Virus record (IMG/VR): IMGVR_UViG_3300016484_000060
Location: 1-29,919 of that record
Length of the DNA stretch: 29,919 nt
Reading direction: 5' to 3' (one strand)
From: a virus
Lineage: Duplodnaviria > Caudoviricetes
The position numbers were made by a program, and so were the translations under genes. Under the pieces are notes generated by a model, which worked only from the letters and a program-made list of their open reading frames with translations, was not told where the DNA came from and searched no databases. Each line of letters begins with the position of its first letter. Position 1 is the first letter of the stretch. Positions 22,769-29,919 of the stretch are shown in pieces.

Positions 22769-23692
22769 ATGGCAGAAACAGTAACCACATCGTCTATTGA
22801 CCCAGCGCTTAGACCCTTCTTAACAGAAGGTCTACAGAGAGCTAGAAGTCTATTCCTAACAGGCGAGCAACCTAGATTCTTTGAAGGTCAGACTTATGTT
22901 AGCCCATCTGCTCAGACTCTACAGGCTTTACAACAGCAAGAGCAAATAGCTACACAAGCTAGTCCTGTTCTTCAGCAAGCTCAACAAGCCTACCAACAGT
23001 CTTTGGGTGGCATTGGTCAGACTGCTGCAGGTGGCTTCCTAGGTGCTAATCCTTTTCAAGCTCAAATGATGCAAGCTGCTACTCGCCCATTAGAGCAACA
23101 GTTCGCAAATCAAGTATTACCTAGCATTGCAAGTCTTTATTCTCGTGCAGGTCGTTATGGCTCAGGCGCTATGGAACGAGCTTTAGGAACAGCTACAGAA
23201 GCTCAGACTCGTGCATTGGGTGACATTACAGCTAATATTGCAGGTCAGCAATTCCAACAAGAGCGTGGCTTACAACAGCAAGCTCAGTTAGGTTTAGCTC
23301 AATTAGCATCTGCTGCACCTTCTATCTACTCACAGCAATTCTTACCATCTCAGCAATTAGCTCAGATTGGCGCTGCTCGTGAACAGATTGCTGCATTGCC
23401 ACTACAAGAGCAAATGCAAAGATTCCAATTCCAGCAACAATTACCTTATCAGCAGTTGTCAGGCTATTTATCATCTGTTTATGGTAGCCCAATGGGGTCA
23501 TTTGGTACACAGACACAGACCATGCCACAGAATCAGATGATTAATCGTCTAGCTGGCGCAGGTGTTGGTTATTTAGGTGGTCAGGCTTTAGGTTCATTCC
23601 TAGGCAACACACCATTTAGCTTAGGTAATGTTTCAGGCTATGGCTTAGGTGGTGCTGCATTAGGTGGTTTATTAGGTGGTGCATTGTTTTAA
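22769..23692 (+). CDS. internal virion / DNA ejection protein
   Basis: Q/A-rich helices and Gly-rich hydrophobic C-terminus. Confidence 0.65.
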   Translation: MAETVTTSSIDPALRPFLTEGLQRARSLFLTGEQPRFFEGQTYVSPSAQTLQALQQQEQIATQASPVLQQAQQAYQQSLGGIGQTAAGGFLGANPFQAQMMQAATRPLEQQFANQVLPSIASLYSRAGRYGSGAMERALGTATEAQTRALGDITANIAGQQFQQERGLQQQAQLGLAQLASAAPSIYSQQFLPSQQLAQIGAAREQIAALPLQEQMQRFQFQQQLPYQQLSGYLSSVYGSPMGSFGTQTQTMPQNQMINRLAGAGVGYLGGQALGSFLGNTPFSLGNVSGYGLGGAALGGLLGGALF

Positions 23693-24054
23693 TGATTATT
23701 AAAGATATTATCAGGGCTGATTTAGAGGGTGAAAGCCCTGATGATGTTATTAATAGAATTACAAATCACTTAGAAAATAATAAAGGTGTATTGCTAAGAA
23801 AAAATAACACAGTAATATTTGGTTATAAATTAACAGAAGATACTGTAGGTATGCACCTTTTTACAGTAGATAGTCCAATTAAAGTAGTTCGCTCAATAGA
23901 GTATTTTGTAAATGAAGCTCTGAATCGCAATATAAAAACTGTGTATGGTCTAACAGATAATAAACAGATGTATAGAGTTTTTAGATTGCTAGGTATAAAT
24001 GTCAAAGAATCAGACTTGCCACAATATAATTGGAAGTGGAAGATAAAGGATTGA
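23692..24054 (+). CDS. hypothetical protein, possible degenerate GNAT-like fold
   Basis: 120 aa, AT-rich, located among ejection genes. Confidence 0.55.
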   Translation: MIIKDIIRADLEGESPDDVINRITNHLENNKGVLLRKNNTVIFGYKLTEDTVGMHLFTVDSPIKVVRSIEYFVNEALNRNIKTVYGLTDNKQMYRVFRLLGINVKESDLPQYNWKWKIKD

Positions 24055-24055
24055 T

Positions 24056-24811
24056 ATGTCAAGTAGTGGTGTTCCAATAGTAGAAGATGTTGCACAACTA
24101 GGTGGCGCTCTTATAGAAGACCCACTCGGTACAGTTGGTAATGTAATTGAGGGTGCATTAGATAACCCATTAAAGACTGCTGCAACTGCTGCTGCTATTT
24201 ATTTTGGACTTCCTTATTTATCACAAGCTGTTGGCGCAGGTACTTTAGGTGCTAGTGCTGCTGCTGATGCTGCTTTTATTGGCGCTGATGCCGCTTCTTT
24301 AGCGTCACAAGGACTGTCTGCTGCTCAGATTGCATCAACTCTTGAAGCTGCTGGTGTTGGCGCTATGGCTGCTGCTGATGCTGCTGCATTAGCTAGTGGT
24401 GGTTTAGGCGCTACGCAAATTGCAAGTAACTTGGCTCAATATGGAACTACAGAATTATTTATTCCTGAAGCATTAAAGAGTATTCCTGTCGTTGATATGA
24501 CTAGAGAAGCAATAGTTACAGAAGGTGGTAATGTAGTTCCAGCAACTACTCTACCATCTGAGTTAGCTACTATTGATGCAGATTTGGCTAAGGCTGCTGC
24601 TGGTTATGGCGGTACAGGCTCAAGTATTCAAACTGCTATGAGAGGTTTTGGTTTAGCAAATAGTTTATTAGGCGCTCAAGCACCACAATCATTTGGTGGT
24701 ATTTACCAAGGTAGACAGGTAGCACCTAGAGGAATGGTTGATTACTCACCTACTCTAAGTCTTTTAGAAAATAGAGTAAGAACCCCTGATGTATCTTCAT
24801 TGTTAGGATAA
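24056..24811 (+). CDS. Ala/Gly-rich internal virion protein
   Basis: hydrophobic A/G segments, internal repeat DAA.LAS.GL.A.QIAS.L. Confidence 0.65.
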   Translation: MSSSGVPIVEDVAQLGGALIEDPLGTVGNVIEGALDNPLKTAATAAAIYFGLPYLSQAVGAGTLGASAAADAAFIGADAASLASQGLSAAQIASTLEAAGVGAMAAADAAALASGGLGATQIASNLAQYGTTELFIPEALKSIPVVDMTREAIVTEGGNVVPATTLPSELATIDADLAKAAAGYGGTGSSIQTAMRGFGLANSLLGAQAPQSFGGIYQGRQVAPRGMVDYSPTLSLLENRVRTPDVSSLLG

Positions 24812-24815
24812 GAAT

Positions 24816-26018
24816 ATGGCACTATTAGGAACTAGCCCATTAATGCAACTGCTCTCACCTGAGCAACAAGCAAGCACTCAAGAGTCTGCTTTGACTATGG
24901 GTGGATTGACAGCATTAGCTCAATTACTAGCAGCTTCAGGACCACAAAGACAGCCTATTAGCGCAGGTCAAGCGATTGGTAGCGCTTTGTTAGGTGGTAT
25001 TGGTGGCTATCAATCTAGCATGGATAAGCAGTTGCGAGATATTGCTACTACTGTTCAGCTACAAGATTTAGTGCGTAAACAGAAAGAAGCACAACAAGTT
25101 AAAGATGTTTTAGCTAGTGCTGCTAAACCTACATTCTCACAGGAAGTTGTGCCTGAAGGTCAAACATTAAGAGATGACCAAGGTGTTCTAACAATGGGCG
25201 CACAACCTAGACAAGTTACAGGTATGGAGTATGACATGAAGAAAGTCATACCTACTCTACAGGCTTTAGGTCGTTTTGACTTAATTAAGGATATTGCTCA
25301 AAGCCAACAAGAACTTCGTAAGTCAGGAATTATGGGTGGAGATATGACAAATATCCCAACACCATTCTCTGTCTACATTAATGCTGATAGTCCTAATGTT
25401 AGAACATTGGCTAAACAATACGAAGATTCATTCAGACGAGGTGTTATTACAGAAGAACAAGCTAATCGCTCATTAGAAGCATTGGCTCGTATGGAAGAAT
25501 CCTACCAAGGCAGAGTTGATAAGCAAGCAGAAGGTAAGAAGCCTACAGAGGGTGAAAGAAATGCTGCTGGTTTCGTGCAGCGTATGGAATTCTCAGAACA
25601 AAAGATTAAAGAAATTGAAGGCAAGGTTGCTCAAGCAAAACAAGAGGGTAAAAAAGTTTCAGAGCCTTATGAAACATGGCAAACAGCTACTGCAAGGTCA
25701 CTTCCTTTTGTTGGTGATTTTGCAGCAAGCAAAGTTTCTTCTGTTCAACAAAGAGCATTAAGACAAGCTCAAGAAAATTGGGTTCGTGCAAATCTGCGTA
25801 AAGAATCAGGCGCTGCAATCGGTAAAGAGGAAATGGATAAGGAAATTGCAACTTATTTCCCAACTGCAGCAGAAATAAATGACCCAGCAATTATTGCTCA
25901 AAAAGCACAAGCAAGACAGGTTACAATTGATGCAATGAGAAAGGCTGCAGGAAATGCTTACAAGCCTTTTGATATGTCTCAGTTTATGAAGCAAAATAAC
26001 TTAGAGCCAAGGAAATAA
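24816..26018 (+). CDS. internal virion / DNA ejection protein
   Basis: helical; C-terminal LRKESGAAIG.EE....YFP motif seen in podophage ejection proteins. Confidence 0.65.
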   Translation: MALLGTSPLMQLLSPEQQASTQESALTMGGLTALAQLLAASGPQRQPISAGQAIGSALLGGIGGYQSSMDKQLRDIATTVQLQDLVRKQKEAQQVKDVLASAAKPTFSQEVVPEGQTLRDDQGVLTMGAQPRQVTGMEYDMKKVIPTLQALGRFDLIKDIAQSQQELRKSGIMGGDMTNIPTPFSVYINADSPNVRTLAKQYEDSFRRGVITEEQANRSLEALARMEESYQGRVDKQAEGKKPTEGERNAAGFVQRMEFSEQKIKEIEGKVAQAKQEGKKVSEPYETWQTATARSLPFVGDFAASKVSSVQQRALRQAQENWVRANLRKESGAAIGKEEMDKEIATYFPTAAEINDPAIIAQKAQARQVTIDAMRKAAGNAYKPFDMSQFMKQNNLEPRK

Positions 26019-26020
26019 GC

Positions 26021-28078
26021 ATGGCAGATTATAAGAATTTTGAGAGAATTCTTCGCAATGTAGACAAGCTCAATTCACGAGCTATGTTGATGAATCCACA
26101 AGACTCTGCTCTTGAAATTCGTCAATATCTACAAGGTGAAGGATATACACAAGAAAGATTTTTTAATGCTGCCAAAAACTATGCTAAGGCTAAAGGCATT
26201 AAGGCTGAATATGGACTTCCTGAAGCTGCTATCCAAGGTTTAACATTTGGCTTTGGTGATGAGTTTGAAGCATGGATTAAGACTCTCAAAAACAAGCGCC
26301 CATACGAAGAAAATTTTGCTGCTGTTCAATTTGCAAAGCAAGAGTTTGAAGCAGAAAGACCTATAGCTGCTGCTGCTACAGAAGTATTTGGTTCTTTGCC
26401 TACAGCTATTTTAGGTGGTTCAACTGTATTAAGAGGTTTACAAGCTGTACCAAGAGCAGAGCAAGCTATTAGCTCATTATCTGCACCTACTAGACAATTA
26501 GGCGCTGCAATCACAGGCGGTGGTGTTACAGGTGGTATTGTTGGCGCAGGTCAAGCAGAAGAAGGTCAGCGTTTGCAAGGTGCTACAAGGGGCGCACAGT
26601 TAGGTATGTTGCTATCTCCTGTAGCTTTAGCTGGTGGCAAGGCTGTTGGAACTACTGCACAGAAAGTAGCAGATGTAACAGGCATTTCTAGTGGCGCACA
26701 AAGCGTAGTAGAAGCCACAAAGAATATCCCTATAGTTAGAGAGATTACAGGTAAAACAGCACAGTTCTTTGGCTTAACAGACGATGCTATTCAGCGCAGA
26801 GCAGATATGAAGATTATTCAGGCTTTGCAACAGGATAAGCTAACTGTAGACCAAATTCGTAGCGCAATGGATAACATCAGAAAATCAGGCTATAAACCTG
26901 AAACTATCATGGAATTTGGTGGTGATGCTACTAAGCGCCTAGGCGAAACTGTGGCTATGTACCCAAGCGCAACTACTGCTGCTACTAAATTAGTTGAGGA
27001 AAGAAAAGCAGGTCAAGCAGAGCGAGTCTTACTAGACTTCCAAAATGCCTTCAAGGTTAATGCCGATGCTACAGATATTGCTACTAAATTAGTCCAAGAA
27101 AGAGAAAAGTTAGCTAGACCACTTTATCAGGCTGCATACCAAAAAGATGCGGTTATTGAAGGAGAAGCGCTAGACAACTTTATGAAACTTCCTAAATTCA
27201 AGGAAGCCTACAATAAAGCTAGAGCATTGGCTGAATATGATGGTGTTAATTTGCCACCATTACAAGAGACAGGTAATGTCTTTAACCTACAGACAGCAGA
27301 CTATGTTAAGCGTGGCTTAGACGATGTTCTATTCGTTTCTAAGATGCCTACAAGCGGTATAGGTAAGACAGAGGTAGGTAAGCTAAAAGAGAAGCGCAAT
27401 GAGTTTGTAAACTTTGTAGATGACTTAGCCCCTGAAGAATACAAGAAAGCTCGTCAAGTTTACTCAGGCACTACTAGCATTGTTGATGCTATTGAGGAAG
27501 GTAAGAACTTCTTTAATATGGATGCTAGAGACCTTAAGGCTGCTTATGACAAGCTATCTCCTGCTGAAAAAGATGGTTTTGCCCTAGGTGCTTATGATGC
27601 AATTAAGGGCAAGATTATGTCAGGCGCAGATGGTGCAGACATGGTTAAACGCACATTTGGCTCTCCTGAAAAGCGTGAACAGATTCGTGTTTTGATTGGT
27701 GACGATGCCTTTAATCTATTAGAGTCACAGATTGGTAGAGAGCGCACCATGAGAACAACAGAGCAAATGATTGCAGGTAGCTCAAGAACACAGCCAAGAG
27801 CAGTAGGTCAGCAAGAATTTGAAGCTGATATGGCTTTGTTCCCACAGAGAGGTTTAGTAAGTGGCGCTATGGATTACCTTATTCGCTCTACAAGAGGTTT
27901 AGGTGGCATTACAGCAGAGCGCATTGCACCTGAGTTATTTTCTATTGACCCTAATGTCCAAGCTCGATTATTGAACAGACTAGGTACTTTAGACGATGTT
28001 TTAAGAGAAGAAGCTATAAGAAGTGGTGCAACTACAGGTGTAGTTAGTGGAGTTTCAGCGCCATCTTTGTTAGACTAA
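26021..28078 (+). CDS. large internal virion / DNA ejection protein
   Basis: QGLTFGFGDE motif, Gly-rich membrane-like segment, long helical body. Confidence 0.7.
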   Translation: MADYKNFERILRNVDKLNSRAMLMNPQDSALEIRQYLQGEGYTQERFFNAAKNYAKAKGIKAEYGLPEAAIQGLTFGFGDEFEAWIKTLKNKRPYEENFAAVQFAKQEFEAERPIAAAATEVFGSLPTAILGGSTVLRGLQAVPRAEQAISSLSAPTRQLGAAITGGGVTGGIVGAGQAEEGQRLQGATRGAQLGMLLSPVALAGGKAVGTTAQKVADVTGISSGAQSVVEATKNIPIVREITGKTAQFFGLTDDAIQRRADMKIIQALQQDKLTVDQIRSAMDNIRKSGYKPETIMEFGGDATKRLGETVAMYPSATTAATKLVEERKAGQAERVLLDFQNAFKVNADATDIATKLVQEREKLARPLYQAAYQKDAVIEGEALDNFMKLPKFKEAYNKARALAEYDGVNLPPLQETGNVFNLQTADYVKRGLDDVLFVSKMPTSGIGKTEVGKLKEKRNEFVNFVDDLAPEEYKKARQVYSGTTSIVDAIEEGKNFFNMDARDLKAAYDKLSPAEKDGFALGAYDAIKGKIMSGADGADMVKRTFGSPEKREQIRVLIGDDAFNLLESQIGRERTMRTTEQMIAGSSRTQPRAVGQQEFEADMALFPQRGLVSGAMDYLIRSTRGLGGITAERIAPELFSIDPNVQARLLNRLGTLDDVLREEAIRSGATTGVVSGVSAPSLLD

Positions 28079-28097
28079 TAGTAATTAAGGAATAGAT

Positions 28098-28835
28098 ATG
28101 CCAAAGACAAAAATCTCAGAATTTGATACAAACCCTGATAATAATACTGACATAAATAGTATTAATATCGCAGAAGGCTGTGCGCCTAGTGGTATTAACA
28201 ATGCCATTCGTCAGTTAATGTCTGACCTTAAAGATTGGTATGCTGGTACATCAGGCGATTCTCTAGCTGTAGGTGGTGGCGGTACAGGTGCTACTACTGC
28301 ATCAGGCGCTAGAACAAACCTAGGTCTAGGAACTATTGCAACACAAAACTCTAATAATGTCACAGTAACAGGTGGCTCTATTTCAGGTATTACAGACCTA
28401 GCTGTAGCTGATGGCGGTACAGGCGCATCTTCTGCTGCTGATGCTCGTACAAATTTAGGTCTAGTTATTGGCACAGATGTAGCTGGTATAGCTTCTACAC
28501 AGAGCTTTACTAGAGCGCAAAGAGGTGCAATCACAGCCTTGACTGATGGTGCAACTATTACTGCTGATTTTGCAGTAGCAAATAACTTCTCTGTTACTTT
28601 GGGTGGGAATCGCACTTTAGCAAATCCATCTAATCAGACAGCAGGTCAATCAGGTGTAATTGTAATTACTCAAGATGGCACAGGCTCAAGAACTTTGGCT
28701 TATGGTTCTAATTGGAAATTCCCTCAAGGTAGTGCACCAACACTTACAACTACTGCTAATGCTGTAGATGTTCTTGTATATTATGTTGAATCTTCTAGTA
28801 GGATTACTGCTAGATTAGTAGCTGATGTGAAGTGA
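28098..28835 (+). CDS. tail fibre, proximal part
   Basis: IAEGCAPSGINNAIR.LM anchor; two LAV..GGTGA..A..ARTNLGL repeats; QDGTGSRTL motif. Confidence 0.8.
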   Translation: MPKTKISEFDTNPDNNTDINSINIAEGCAPSGINNAIRQLMSDLKDWYAGTSGDSLAVGGGGTGATTASGARTNLGLGTIATQNSNNVTVTGGSISGITDLAVADGGTGASSAADARTNLGLVIGTDVAGIASTQSFTRAQRGAITALTDGATITADFAVANNFSVTLGGNRTLANPSNQTAGQSGVIVITQDGTGSRTLAYGSNWKFPQGSAPTLTTTANAVDVLVYYVESSSRITARLVADVK

Positions 28836-29377
28836 AGCATATACATCATATTATTCCTAAACATATGGGGGGTTCTGATGAGCCAAATAATCTCATTGAA
28901 TTATCTATAGAGCAACATGCAGAAGCCCATAAAAAATTATGGGAAAAATATGGATGTTGGCAAGATAAAGTGGCATGGAAAGCATTATCAGGGCAAATAT
29001 CTATTTCAGAAGCTAAAAAATTAGCTCAAATAGAGGGTGCAAAAAAAGGTGGGCTTTCATCAAAAAATAGAAAACCTACTGATGGACAAATATTGCAAGG
29101 TTTAAAAAATGTTCAATCAGGACATTTGGATAACATTAGAAATATAGATGCATGTATTAAAGGTGGCAAAACAGCAGGGATTCAAAGTTATAATTTAAAA
29201 AAAGGAATTTTTGACCCTAAAAATTATGGCTTAGGTGGCAAAATTGGTGGCAAAATTGGTGGCAAAAAGGCTTGTGTTTTAAATATACTTTGCCATGAAT
29301 GTGGAATGATTACTAATGCTATGGCGTATGCAAGGCACTCTAAAAAATCAGGACATATTATTAAGGAAAAAATATAA
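28832..29377 (+). CDS. free-standing HNH endonuclease inserted between tail fibre genes
   Basis: HIHHIIPKHMGGSDEPNNLIELSIEQHAEAH; AT-rich; C-terminal CHEC...H...H. Confidence 0.85.
   Translation: MKHIHHIIPKHMGGSDEPNNLIELSIEQHAEAHKKLWEKYGCWQDKVAWKALSGQISISEAKKLAQIEGAKKGGLSSKNRKPTDGQILQGLKNVQSGHLDNIRNIDACIKGGKTAGIQSYNLKKGIFDPKNYGLGGKIGGKIGGKKACVLNILCHECGMITNAMAYARHSKKSGHIIKEKI
29234..29269 (+). repeat. 12-nt tandem repeat x3 inside HNH gene
   Basis: GGTGGCAAAATT twice plus GGTGGCAAAAAG (GGKI repeats). Confidence 0.85.
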
Positions 29378-29919
29378 TGTCGGTAATACAAAATAATCTT
29401 TTGTTGGCAGGTGATGACCAATATAACCTTCAGCGTAGCTTGCGATTCCGTAGCTCTGCTACCGCTTATTTAAGTAGAACTCCATCTAGTGCTGGTAATA
29501 GAAAGACTTGGACTTATTCTACTTGGGTTAAAAGAGGTGCTTTAGGTTCTGCTGCTTCATTATTGGGGCATATTGATACAAGTGCATATCCGCAACATTA
29601 CATTAGATTTAACTCTGATAATACTTTGAGTTTTACTAGAGAGCTAAATCAATCTCCATCTACTGTTGCACAGCTTATTACAACTCAAGTATTTCGTGAC
29701 CCATCAGCTTGGTATCATATTGTTGTTGTATGGGATACAACTCAAGCCACAGCAAATAATAGAATGAGAATGTATGTAAATGGTGTTGAAATTACTTCAT
29801 TTTCTGCAAGAACAAATCCTACTCAAAATAGTGATGGCGATATAAATAACACTATTCCAACTGCTATTGGTGGTGTTATTCCATTTAGCACAGTAGTTAA
29901 TTTATATGATGGCTACCTA
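29377..29919 (+). CDS. LamG / concanavalin A-like tail fibre or receptor-binding protein (truncated by window end, not in ORF track)
   Basis: MSVIQNNLLLAG...SLRF...YLSRTPSSAGNRKTWTYSTWVKR...FRDPSAWYHIVVVWDT...YVNG; open to window edge. Confidence 0.85.
   Translation, partial: MSVIQNNLLLAGDDQYNLQRSLRFRSSATAYLSRTPSSAGNRKTWTYSTWVKRGALGSAASLLGHIDTSAYPQHYIRFNSDNTLSFTRELNQSPSTVAQLITTQVFRDPSAWYHIVVVWDTTQATANNRMRMYVNGVEITSFSARTNPTQNSDGDINNTIPTAIGGVIPFSTVVNLYDGYL

Noticed and set aside
26021-28078. Tape measure protein
   Set aside because: No tail tube or assembly chaperone genes; context of adaptor, nozzle and several helical proteins fits podovirus ejection proteins
437-29421. Opposite-strand and off-frame ORFs in the track (e.g. 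437-694, 2446-2652, 5415-5669, 7869-8084, 12244-12633, 14766-15083, 20055-20495, 28211-28615)
   Set aside because: They lie within well-supported genes, lack RBSs and motifs, and look like shadow frames
1-29919. Alternative genetic code
   Set aside because: Core genes are intact under the standard code and all three stops end genes

Overview
A 29.9 kb segment of a tailed dsDNA bacteriophage genome (Caudoviricetes, roughly 40% GC by eye) with a lambdoid-like gene order and a podovirus-type virion module. A leftward early operon (460-4813) carries ERF annealing protein, YqaJ exonuclease, an SSB-like protein, a winged-HTH protein, an NrdR-like Zn ribbon and many tiny membrane or secreted ORFs. 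It diverges, with no recognisable repressor gene, from a rightward operon with a VRR-NUC nuclease, replication initiator, nin-like ORFs, a Ref-like nuclease, a Q-like antiterminator and an HNH-AP2 endonuclease. Late genes follow: a HiPIP-like Cys protein, GT32 glycosyltransferase, FkbM methyltransferase, small basic proteins, TerS/TerL, portal, scaffold, major capsid, GT2, adaptor/tail proteins, ejection proteins and tail fibres split by a second HNH. No integrase, tape measure, lysis cassette, tRNA or CRISPR array was seen. The most notable unexplained features are non-coding: two copies of a loop-E-type RNA scaffold with different inserts flanking a secreted Cys-rich peptide gene, a pseudoknot-capable leader before the replication gene, a short late-promoter RNA antisense to an early-gene ribosome-binding site, a G-quadruplex-capable tract beside putative iterons, and an apparent absence of several palindromic 4-mers. 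All protein family calls are from motif recognition, not database searches.
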